Origin: Bifidobacterium breve | GTDB lineage: Bacteria > Actinomycetota > Actinomycetes > Nanopelagicales > Nanopelagicaceae | NCBI GenBank assembly: GCA_945866155.1 | Contig: CAMBGL010000001.1 | Span: forward strand, 1 to 35,266 | Direction: 5' to 3' | Length of the DNA: 35,266 bases | In this document: positions 28,188 through 35,266 of the stretch, one piece after another | Numbering within the stretch: position 1 is the stretch's first letter | Layout: the number at the start of each line of letters is the position of its first letter | Translations under genes and position numbers: made by a program | The notes under the pieces: generated by a model | Told to the model about the DNA's origin: nothing | Database searches by the model: none | The model's input: only the letters and a program-made list of their open reading frames with translations

Positions 28188-29660
28188 ATGCAACAGTTTG
28201 AGAATATGCTTCAAGGTAGAAGCTCTATAACACCCTCTCAATCACACCGCCTACGCGAACTAATTGCAGATTGGCAACTTCTCTCTGATTTATCTTTTGC
28301 AGATCTTGTTTTATGGGTACCGCTTCGCAAAGATAGCAAGAGTTGGCCAACGGGACATGTAGCAATTGCTCATATTCGCCCGACAACTGCAGCGACAGTT
28401 TTTACACAAGATGTTATTGGCGAAGAAGCACCGTGGGGGAGTCGTCCCGGTATTGAGCGAGCACTCTCAGATGCAGAGATTGTGCGAGATGCAGAACCTG
28501 AGCTCATTGGCGAACTGATGATAAAGGAAGAGACAATCCCAGTAATTTTTGAGGAGCAAGTGATTGCAGTTATTTCTCGCCATAGAAATGCTGAATTGAT
28601 GAGATCACCGAGCCGTCTCGAACTCAATTATCGCGAAATTGCTCACAATTTGTATCGCATGATTGCTGAGGGAAATTTTCCATATCCGAATGCAAATAGT
28701 CTCTTCGATCCAGCACCTCGCGTGGGAGATGGACTTATTCGATTAGATGTCAATGGAGTTATTTCATATGCAAGCCCAAACGCCCGTTCTGCTTTCAATC
28801 GAATGGGATGGAATGGAGAGATGGAAAGTTTCTCACTCTCCGATGTGGCAGAAAAAGTGAGTAAAGAACGTCGTGATGCACATGAAGAAGGACTTCAAAC
28901 ACAATTGAGTGGCAGAGCACTACGTCGCGCCGAAGTTGAAAATGCAGGCGGGACAATCGATTTACTTGTGTTGCCATTGATTCAAAGCACTGATCGAATC
29001 GGGGCAATTGTTTTGCTTCACAATGTTACTGAACTTCGCAGACGTGAACGCGAACTTGTAACAAAAGATGCAACTATTCGAGAAGTACACCATCGAGTTA
29101 AGAACAACCTACAAACTGTCTCAGCTCTTTTGCGCCTTCAAGCACGTCGAATTGAAGATCCTGCAGCCAGTGCCGCCCTTGAAGAAGCTGTTCGTAGAAT
29201 TGCATCAATCGCACTCGTGCACGAAACACTTTCTAGTAGCTCCGATGCTTCGGTAGCCTTTGATGATGTTCTCAATCGATTAGTAACGCATGCTCTAGAA
29301 CTGAGTCCACGAATGGCCACACTTCAAATAATTCGTGAGGGCGACTTTGGCTCACTAGAGCCAAGAATCGCGACTCCTTTAGCGCTAGTTGTTACAGAAC
29401 TAATTCATAATGCACTTGAACATGGACTTGAGGCGAGTGGAACAGCGCTTGTTATTTCCGTAAATAGATCAGATGTCCATTGCGAAGTTAGAATTAGTGA
29501 TGATGGCGTCGGTCTTCCAAAGAATTTTGATTTAGCACAATCCTCAAATTTAGGACTTCAAATTGTCCGCACGCTAACTGAGAATGAATTGAAAGGTGAT
29601 TTATCACTTCGTTCTTCAGAAAAAGGAACTATTGCAGAACTTAACTTTCCGTTGAACTAA
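28188..29660 (+). CDS. pdtaS: Cytoplasmic PAS/GAF sensor histidine kinase PdtaS (Rv3220c-like)
   Basis: WQLLSDLSFADLVLWV, PRVGDGLIRLD, KDATIREVHHRVKNNLQTV (HisKA_2), ELIHNALEHG, DDGVG, LGLQIV. Confidence 0.92.
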   Translation: MQQFENMLQGRSSITPSQSHRLRELIADWQLLSDLSFADLVLWVPLRKDSKSWPTGHVAIAHIRPTTAATVFTQDVIGEEAPWGSRPGIERALSDAEIVRDAEPELIGELMIKEETIPVIFEEQVIAVISRHRNAELMRSPSRLELNYREIAHNLYRMIAEGNFPYPNANSLFDPAPRVGDGLIRLDVNGVISYASPNARSAFNRMGWNGEMESFSLSDVAEKVSKERRDAHEEGLQTQLSGRALRRAEVENAGGTIDLLVLPLIQSTDRIGAIVLLHNVTELRRRERELVTKDATIREVHHRVKNNLQTVSALLRLQARRIEDPAASAALEEAVRRIASIALVHETLSSSSDASVAFDDVLNRLVTHALELSPRMATLQIIREGDFGSLEPRIATPLALVVTELIHNALEHGLEASGTALVISVNRSDVHCEVRISDDGVGLPKNFDLAQSSNLGLQIVRTLTENELKGDLSLRSSEKGTIAELNFPLN

Positions 29661-29936
29661 TTAGTTATTATTTCCCATATTTTGCTCAAGTAAACGAGCG
29701 CGATTACGTGCAGCTCGACGCTTCAGTGCTCGACGCTCGTCTTCAGAAAGCCCACCCCACACGCCAGCATCTTGACCACTCTCGAGTGCCCATGCAAGAC
29801 ATGGTTCTTTGACGATACAACGATTACAAACTTTTTTTGCTTCTTCGATTTGAGATATTGCAGGGCCAGTATTTCCGACAGGAAAGAAGAGCTCAGGATC
29901 TTCATCGCGGCAAGCCGATTGGTGTCGCCAATCCAT
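29661..29936 (-). CDS. whiB1: WhiB-family Fe-S regulator WhiB1/WblE
   Basis: MDWRHQSACRDEDPELFFPVGNTGPA..QIEEAKKVC.RC...CL.WALESGQDAGVWGGLSEDERRALKRR; SD GAGGAG 8 nt before ATG 29936. Confidence 0.95.
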   Translation of the reverse strand: MDWRHQSACRDEDPELFFPVGNTGPAISQIEEAKKVCNRCIVKEPCLAWALESGQDAGVWGGLSEDERRALKRRAARNRARLLEQNMGNNN

Positions 29937-30049
29937 GGGCATATCTCCTCTACGACCTCGGTGAGAGGCGGTGTAATTCGTGAAAAATACAACATCATTA
30001 ATGATGTGCAAGGGTGTAATTCTCCCTTGCATTCGAGAGATTCACAAGG

Positions 30050-30093
30050 AGACTAGCCCTACGAATCGAAAAAATAGAGTGAGATATCTCCCG
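30050..30093 (-). promoter_or_regulatory. Putative whiB1 promoter: -10 TAGTCT with a CRP-like site upstream
   Basis: TAGTCT (minus, 30050-30055); AGTGA-gatatc-TCCCG (30078-30093) centred about 42 bp upstream of the implied TSS. Confidence 0.45.
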
Positions 30094-30101
30094 TACAAGA
30101 G

Positions 30102-30173
30102 TGCCCCCGACAGGAATCGAACCTGTGCACCCGCCTCCGGAGGGCGGTGCTCTATCCCCTGAGCTACGGGGGC
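30102..30173 (-). tRNA. tRNA-Arg (anticodon CCG); CCA not encoded
   Basis: GCCCCCG/CGGGGGC acceptor stem, TAGCTCAGGGGATAGAGC D-arm, CCGCC-CTCCGGA-GGCGG anticodon arm, GGTTCGATTCC T-arm. Confidence 0.96.
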
Positions 30174-30227
30174 GCTGTAAGTAGAAGGTTATCAGCGGAT
30201 GCATATATCGAGGGCAACTGAAAGAAT

Positions 30228-30761
30228 ATGCAGATGAATGAGAGTGCATATTTTGCAACAGGATGTTTTTGGGGCGCAGAGCGACGTTTCTGGCAACTCG
30301 ATGGTGTCATAGAAACAAGCGTTGGTTATATGGGTGGAACTCGCCCATCTCCATCTTATGAGCAAGTGTGTACAGGTAATACAGGCCATGCTGAATGCGT
30401 CAAAGTTGAATTCGATTCTGCAAAAATTTCTTTTCATCGTTTACTTGAAGAATTTTGGACAATGCATGATCCAACTTCCCTCAACCGGCAAGGTGGAGAT
30501 ATCGGAACTCAATATCGCAGTGCAATATTTACAACGACTCAACAACAGATGAAAGAAGCGTTGGCGACTCGTGATATCTACGAAAAGGCAATCTCTCATT
30601 CAGGTTACGGTTCGATTGTTACTCAGATTGAGCCAAGTGAGGAAATTACATATTTTCTCGCCGAGGAGTATCACCAGAAATACTTATTGAAAAATCCAAA
30701 TGGGTATGACTGCCACTCCAATACTGGAATAGCTTTCCCTAGCCAGGAGCTAACGCAGTGA
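30228..30761 (+). CDS. msrA: Peptide-methionine (S)-S-oxide reductase
   Basis: GCFWG, VGYMGG, GHAE, HDPT..NRQG.D.GTQYRSAIF, AEEYHQKYL; alternative start 30234. Confidence 0.96.
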   Translation: MQMNESAYFATGCFWGAERRFWQLDGVIETSVGYMGGTRPSPSYEQVCTGNTGHAECVKVEFDSAKISFHRLLEEFWTMHDPTSLNRQGGDIGTQYRSAIFTTTQQQMKEALATRDIYEKAISHSGYGSIVTQIEPSEEITYFLAEEYHQKYLLKNPNGYDCHSNTGIAFPSQELTQ

Positions 30762-31171
30762 GCGAAAAGAAATATCCTGTAAATATCGATGAGGCGCAAT
30801 TGCGTGAAAAACTCGACCCACTCTCTTACGACGTCTTACGAAATGCAGCAACAGAGCGACCATTTACTGGCGAATATACCGATAGTGACAAAGTCGGAGT
30901 TTATAAGTGCAAAGCATGCTCTGCCGAACTCTTTAGAAGTGAAACAAAGTTTCATTCGGGATGTGGTTGGCCATCTTTTTATGCGCCGAGCACAGATGAT
31001 GCTGTTGAACTTATAGAAGATCGCTCTCTTTTTCCGCGGGTGCGCACAGAAGTCCGGTGCGCAGCATGTGGTTCACACTTAGGCCATATATTTGAAGGAG
31101 AAGGCTATGACGTCCCAACAGATCAACGCTGGTGTATCAACTCGGTCTCTTTGATACTAGAAAGTAAGTAA
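30758..31171 (+). CDS. msrB: Peptide-methionine (R)-S-oxide reductase
   Basis: TERPFTG, CKAC, KFHSGCGWPSF, RTEVRCAACGSHLGHIF, RWCINS. Confidence 0.96.
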   Translation: MSEKKYPVNIDEAQLREKLDPLSYDVLRNAATERPFTGEYTDSDKVGVYKCKACSAELFRSETKFHSGCGWPSFYAPSTDDAVELIEDRSLFPRVRTEVRCAACGSHLGHIFEGEGYDVPTDQRWCINSVSLILESK

Positions 31172-31198
31172 TCTGAAGCGATAACTAATAACGACTAG

Positions 31199-31789
31199 TT
31201 ATAGTGAAAAAGTTGGATATTCATCAGTTACGAGAACGAGCGCGTAACCAGCGATGCGATTCCAGTAAGCAATTGTTCCCACAACGCCTTCAGCGCATCT
31301 TTCAGGGTAAGTGCCAGTAAATAAGATACTAAACCAACCCAATAGTGTGAGCAGAAATGCGTAGATGATATAAATAAGGCCGACGATATATAGAGGAATT
31401 GCCAGGAACCATTTCACTAATGGCAAACCCCGACTCATGGTCTCGCCATTTCCAATCTCAGGAAGAGTAATACTGACAATTTCATTCTCTTCAATTGATG
31501 GGTATTCATCAGTAAGTAGTAGAAGATATGTATTGACACGTGTTTGAAGTCCAAGAAGAGACTCATTGAGACTTAGCGCATAACTTGGATATACACCACG
31601 AAATACAAGGGCAAGCAGTGGTGGCAATACCAAAAGGCCCGCAGTCGACCAACTCGCTGAGGAGAAATCTGAAGTAAAAGATGCAACAAAAATTGCTGCT
31701 GGCACTACCAAAATAATTCTAAAAAAGGCAGTCATTCGATTGCGATCAGTCAGTGTTACATCAATTTCAGTTTCAATTTGATTACTCAT
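31199..31789 (-). CDS. DUF4389 family membrane protein
   Basis: Two internal repeats ending LLLTDEYP and LVTDEYPTF, plus LFTGTYP. ATG 31789 lies 6 nt after TATGAT; the ORF-track extension overlaps malY. Confidence 0.85.
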   Translation of the reverse strand: MSNQIETEIDVTLTDRNRMTAFFRIILVVPAAIFVASFTSDFSSASWSTAGLLVLPPLLALVFRGVYPSYALSLNESLLGLQTRVNTYLLLLTDEYPSIEENEIVSITLPEIGNGETMSRGLPLVKWFLAIPLYIVGLIYIIYAFLLTLLGWFSILFTGTYPERCAEGVVGTIAYWNRIAGYALVLVTDEYPTFSL

Positions 31790-31848
31790 AAGCCCATCAT
31801 AGCCCTGCGTTATAGACTCAAAGCTAACAATGAAGGTATGCTCAAACC

Positions 31849-33018
31849 ATGAGTGATCGCAATGTAATAGCTCCAAAATTGGCATCTTTGCTTGAGCACA
31901 AGAGTGAAAAGTGGACAGGTTTTGCCCGAGATGTATTGCCATTGCCAGTTGCAGAAATGGATTTCCCAGTTGCCGAACCAATAAAGAAGTTACTTCATGA
32001 AATGGTTGAAGCATCTGATCTCGGTTATCTTGGCAATATTCCCGAAATGGGAACATCATTTGCTCACTTTGCACAAGAGCGATGGGATTGGAAAGTTGAT
32101 CCACTTCAAGTTCGTATTGGAACAGATGTAGGTGTAGCAGTAGTAGAAATTTTGCGCGTTATCGCTAAACCTGGAGATAAGGTTCTCGTAAATTCACCTG
32201 TCTATCAAAATTTCTATAATTGGCTAGTAGAGACAGGTATGGAAAAAGTTGATGTCCCATTTACTCGCACAGGAAGTGAGGAGGGTTCCAATAATCCATG
32301 GGAACTCAATTGGCCAGAGATCGAAAGGGCTTATGCAAGCGGAATAAAAGTTCACATGATTTGCAGTCCTCATAATCCATTGGGCCGAATCTATACAAAG
32401 GAAGAATTACTTCGCTTCATTGGGCTTGCAAAGAAATATAATGTGATCATCATTAGTGATGAGATCCATGCACCATTAACCTTCAAAGATTCAGTTTTCA
32501 TCCCAACACTTGCATTAGGCCCTGATGCTGAAAGTGTATGTATTACCGTGACTGCAGCGAGTAAAGGCTGGAATATTGCTGGCCTCAAGTGCGCAATCAT
32601 CATCACTCAAAACGAAGAGATGAAAGAGAAGATGACACACCTTCCTTTTGCACTTCACTACCGAGCATCACTTCCTGGCGCATATGCCTCTGCGATTGCA
32701 TTTAAGGAGGGCGGGGTTTGGCTCGATTCCGTGATCGAAAATCTCAATCAGAATAGGTATCTCATTCGAGACTTATTAGCCACAACATTGCCTTCTGTGA
32801 AGTATCACATTCCACAGAATGGCTATTTAGCGTGGCTCGATCTCACTGAATTGAATTTGGGTGAAGATCCTGGGGCTACACTTATCGAACGAGGCAGAGT
32901 CGCTTTCAATTCTGGACATTTTTATGCTCCGCAAACTTCCCAATATGTCCGGCTAAATTTCGCAACGAGTGCTGAAATTATTACCGAAGCGATCCACCGA
33001 ATACGAAAGGCTCTCTAA
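31849..33018 (+). CDS. MalY/PatB-family PLP C-S lyase (cystathionine beta-lyase)
   Basis: SEKW...DVLPLPVAEMDF, CSPHNPLGR, ISDEIHAPL, ASKGWNIAGLK, YLAWLD, VRLNFAT. Confidence 0.9.
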   Translation: MSDRNVIAPKLASLLEHKSEKWTGFARDVLPLPVAEMDFPVAEPIKKLLHEMVEASDLGYLGNIPEMGTSFAHFAQERWDWKVDPLQVRIGTDVGVAVVEILRVIAKPGDKVLVNSPVYQNFYNWLVETGMEKVDVPFTRTGSEEGSNNPWELNWPEIERAYASGIKVHMICSPHNPLGRIYTKEELLRFIGLAKKYNVIIISDEIHAPLTFKDSVFIPTLALGPDAESVCITVTAASKGWNIAGLKCAIIITQNEEMKEKMTHLPFALHYRASLPGAYASAIAFKEGGVWLDSVIENLNQNRYLIRDLLATTLPSVKYHIPQNGYLAWLDLTELNLGEDPGATLIERGRVAFNSGHFYAPQTSQYVRLNFATSAEIITEAIHRIRKAL

Positions 33019-34086
33019 TTGAGTTCTGAAAAGAAATTACATCCCGAAACGTATGCAATTACGTCAGGTCGCCCGAAGAGTGAAGTAGGTGCAAGCCTCA
33101 ATGTTGGCATCTCACTCAACTCCACATTCCAAGCAGGCAGCGATCTTGGTTATGGCCGTTACGGAAATGAAACATGGAAAGCGTTAGAAACTGCAATTAG
33201 CGAATTTGAGGGCGGCGAGACACTCACTTTTTCTTCAGGTATGGCTGCAATTAGTGCAGTATTTGCAATACTTCCAATTGGTGCTCCCCTTGTAGCATCT
33301 AATCAGGGTTATAGCGGTGTGATGACTTTGCTCAAGAGTTTTCATGAGTCTGGGCGACTAGAAGTTCGCTTTGTTGATGTAACCAAAACACAGGAAGTTA
33401 TTTCTGCACTCAATGGTGCAGCGATGTTATGGCTAGAGTCGCCAACGAACCCATGTTTAGATGTTGCAGATCTTCCGACGCTAATTAGTGCTGCAAAGAA
33501 GATGAATGTAGGTGTTGGAGTTGATAATACATTTGCGACCCCCCTTGTTCAGAGGCCACTTGAAATGGGCGCCGATGTTGTCATGCATTCAGTGACAAAG
33601 TTTTTAGCCGGGCACAGTGATGTATTGATGGGGTCACTCTCCACCAATGATGCTGCTCTATATAAGCGCCTTGAAGATGCGCGCAAATTCAATGGTGCTA
33701 TTCCAGGACCCTTTGAAGCATGGTTAGCGCTTCGAGGTATTCGCACATTTGTAATGCGCTTTGAAAAAGCCCAGAGTAATGCCAAATTTTTAGTAGAAAA
33801 AATGAAGAGCGATAAGCGAATTTCTCGTGTTCGCTATCCAGGTTTTGGAGCAATGATCTCTTTTGAAATATCGGGTGATGCCCAAGGCGCCGAACGCGTA
33901 TGTGATGCATCGAAGATAATTACGCATGCAACTAGCTTGGGTGGCGTTGAATCCCTGTGGGAGCGACGTCGTCGCTGGGAGATAGAGAGTCACGTTGTGC
34001 CAGAAAATCTCATTCGCCTTTCAGTAGGGTGTGAAAATAGTGAGGATCTCTGGGGCGACATAACTAAGGCACTTGACTCCATATAG
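33019..34086 (+). CDS. metB: Cys/Met metabolism PLP enzyme (cystathionine gamma-synthase-like)
   Basis: YGRYGNETW..LE, FSSGMAAI, WLESPTNP, VDNTFATP, HSVTKFLAGHSD, ATSLGGVESL, LIRLSVGCE. Confidence 0.82.
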   Translation: MSSEKKLHPETYAITSGRPKSEVGASLNVGISLNSTFQAGSDLGYGRYGNETWKALETAISEFEGGETLTFSSGMAAISAVFAILPIGAPLVASNQGYSGVMTLLKSFHESGRLEVRFVDVTKTQEVISALNGAAMLWLESPTNPCLDVADLPTLISAAKKMNVGVGVDNTFATPLVQRPLEMGADVVMHSVTKFLAGHSDVLMGSLSTNDAALYKRLEDARKFNGAIPGPFEAWLALRGIRTFVMRFEKAQSNAKFLVEKMKSDKRISRVRYPGFGAMISFEISGDAQGAERVCDASKIITHATSLGGVESLWERRRRWEIESHVVPENLIRLSVGCENSEDLWGDITKALDSI

Positions 34087-34120
34087 AGAATTTTTCTAGG
34101 AATAAGAGTATTTTTAGAAC

Positions 34121-34270
34121 ATGGGAAAAGCGATACGCAGATTGATGGCCGCCTTTATGGTCGGCGCTGTTGCTTTCCGCGCAGTTGGATCTTTCCTCTC
34201 ATGGATTGAAGGACAAGAAGATTCATCAGCTGAAGCGTGGATCGATGAAGACGAATACGAAGACGCGTAA
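34121..34270 (+). CDS. Unannotated 49-aa small protein (basic N-terminus, hydrophobic helix, acidic tail)
   Basis: MGKAIRRLMAAFMVGAVAFRAVGSFLSWIEGQEDSSAEAWIDEDEYEDA*. It fills the gap, and its stop abuts the GTG of the next gene. TATTTT lies 6 nt upstream of the ATG. Confidence 0.75.
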   Translation: MGKAIRRLMAAFMVGAVAFRAVGSFLSWIEGQEDSSAEAWIDEDEYEDA

Positions 34271-34654
34271 GTGAGTTCAACTCAATATATTCCTGGCTCA
34301 TGCAATATTGGAACCGGTGAAATTCGTCGCAGACAAGTTGTAGCGATAATTGGCTCAATTATTTCAACTTCATCTTTTGTAACTTTACTTATGGCTGATG
34401 CTCCAAGAAATGCACGTTTTGGAATATTCATACCTCTCATGATCGCAAGTGTTGGATGGGTCCAATCACGAAGTAAATTTTGTTTAGCATATGGTTTTGC
34501 TGGCACATTCAATATGGGCAAACTTGGTGATATCTCGCGAGTAGCCGATGCGGCGAGCAAGGCAGCTGATCGTAAAACTGCAATTTCTATATTATTGAAA
34601 TCTACTGCTCTAGCAGCATCTCTTACCTTACTTATCGTTTTACTTCCTTTTTAG
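34271..34654 (+). CDS. Hypothetical membrane protein with YIPGSCNIG and FCLAYG motifs
   Basis: Three hydrophobic segments, two Cys residues; abuts the small ORF. Confidence 0.75.
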   Translation: MSSTQYIPGSCNIGTGEIRRRQVVAIIGSIISTSSFVTLLMADAPRNARFGIFIPLMIASVGWVQSRSKFCLAYGFAGTFNMGKLGDISRVADAASKAADRKTAISILLKSTALAASLTLLIVLLPF

Positions 34655-34703
34655 GCGAAGATACTTCCATCTTTTCCCATACATGTCTGTTGTAGGAGGA
34701 ATA

Positions 34704-35162
34704 GTGTCCCAAGAACTTGTAAATACTTATATCGCCAATTGCGCTGACTTCGAGAAGGTGGTTCGCTCAATAGGTGCAAATGATTTATCGCGTATTGCAA
34801 AAGAAGGTGAATGGTCTGCCGCTTACGTGATTCATCACATGGCTGATGCTGATATGCACTTTGCGACTAGATTCCTTCACATTCTTACAGTGGATAAACC
34901 GGCAATAGTTCCATTTGATGAAGACGTTTATCCAGATCGCCTAAAATATGCGGCGCGTGATGCTCATGATTCTCTCGCCAGCATTATTGGCCTGCATAAA
35001 GTCGTAGCTAACATTCTCAAACTTGTCGCTGATGCCGATTGGAAGAGAGTGGGCATTCATTCTGAAAAAGGTGAGGTTACGCTTGCAGAAGTTCTAACGC
35101 TGGCAAGTAATCACACACATTCACATGTAGAGCAATTACAAGAAATTATCTCTAGCCTGTAG
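34704..35162 (+). CDS. DinB/YfiT (BstA)-like metal-dependent protein
   Basis: EWSAAYVIHHMADAD...P.IVPFDED...W.R.GIHSE.G...HTHSHVEQL. GTG 34704 follows AGGAGG; alternative ATG 34683. Confidence 0.85.
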   Translation: MSQELVNTYIANCADFEKVVRSIGANDLSRIAKEGEWSAAYVIHHMADADMHFATRFLHILTVDKPAIVPFDEDVYPDRLKYAARDAHDSLASIIGLHKVVANILKLVADADWKRVGIHSEKGEVTLAEVLTLASNHTHSHVEQLQEIISSL

Positions 35163-35186
35163 TCACTTGCACTTCTAACTCTCTTA

Positions 35187-35225
35187 CAAAAGCGAAAACC
35201 CCTGGCACCAAAGGCGCCAGGGGTT
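35187..35225 (-). terminator. Rho-independent terminator, best formed on the minus strand (for a convergent gene beyond the window); possibly bidirectional
   Basis: Minus strand: AACCCCTGGCGCC-TTT-GGTGCCAGGGGTT (one G.U pair) followed by TTCGCTTTT. Confidence 0.8.
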
Positions 35226-35266
35226 CATTTCACCCTATGAGTTGTGATCTATTTAGGCAGATGGAG

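Noticed and set aside
28188-29660. Orphan kinase as a novelty
   Set aside because: pdtaS convergent with whiB1 and unlinked to pdtaR is the standard actinobacterial arrangement.
30102-30173. tRNA-anchored genomic island or prophage
   Set aside because: No integrase, no duplicated tRNA 3' end seen, and the flanking genes are housekeeping.
30228-31171. Selenocysteine or fused MsrAB
   Set aside because: Catalytic residues are Cys codons. msrA ends at a TGA overlapping the msrB GTG in a different frame, which is ordinary translational coupling.
31790-32104. Long N-terminal extension of DUF4389 overlapping malY (similar extensions for the helicase to 3657, whiB1 to 30032 and mtrB from 20408)
   Set aside because: These are artefacts of longest-ORF calling. 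Downstream starts fit family length and have -10, SD or gene-coupling support.
35226-35266. 3' end of a convergent gene
   Set aside because: It is implied by the terminator orientation, but too few codons are visible to fix a frame or identity.
1-35266. CRISPR array, IS element, toxin-antitoxin or defence system
   Set aside because: No spaced repeats, transposase or recognisable defence domains were seen, and no spacer is large enough to hide an array.

Overview
This is a gene-dense, relatively AT-rich actinobacterial core-genome window (GC appears to be in the low-40s % by eye; not computed). Short intergenic spacers and a stripped-down gene order suggest a streamlined freshwater lineage such as acI / Ca. 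Nanopelagicales (inference). Gene order: PHP 3' end, marC, DUF2236 oxygenase, ParA-like, DEAD-box helicase, DUF3107, TetR, moeZ, mshB, membrane protein, cysS, GNAT, fdxA, dapC, mannose-1-P guanylyltransferase, whiB2, large GT2, DUF5719-like, DUF3499, phosphomannomutase, ahcY, mtrAB, comF, secA, Rv3235-like, SAF protein, CpaE-like ATPase, DUF6912-like, pdtaS, whiB1, tRNA-Arg(CCG), msrAB, DUF4389, malY/patB, metB-like, an unannotated 49-aa ORF, a membrane protein and a DinB-family protein. No mobile element, prophage, CRISPR array or rRNA was seen, and I cannot demonstrate a clearly new system. The best leads are: (1) an mshB / atypical CysRS / GNAT cluster; (2) an AhcY of a non-actinobacterial type at the conserved locus; (3) a 7-codon uORF with a strong SD just before secA, where hpf normally lies; (4) a structured spacer with a DnaA box ahead of the orphan SAF/CpaE-like module; (5) a GTGTAATTC motif shared by both whiB promoters; (6) a missed small protein; (7) widespread leaderless starts.
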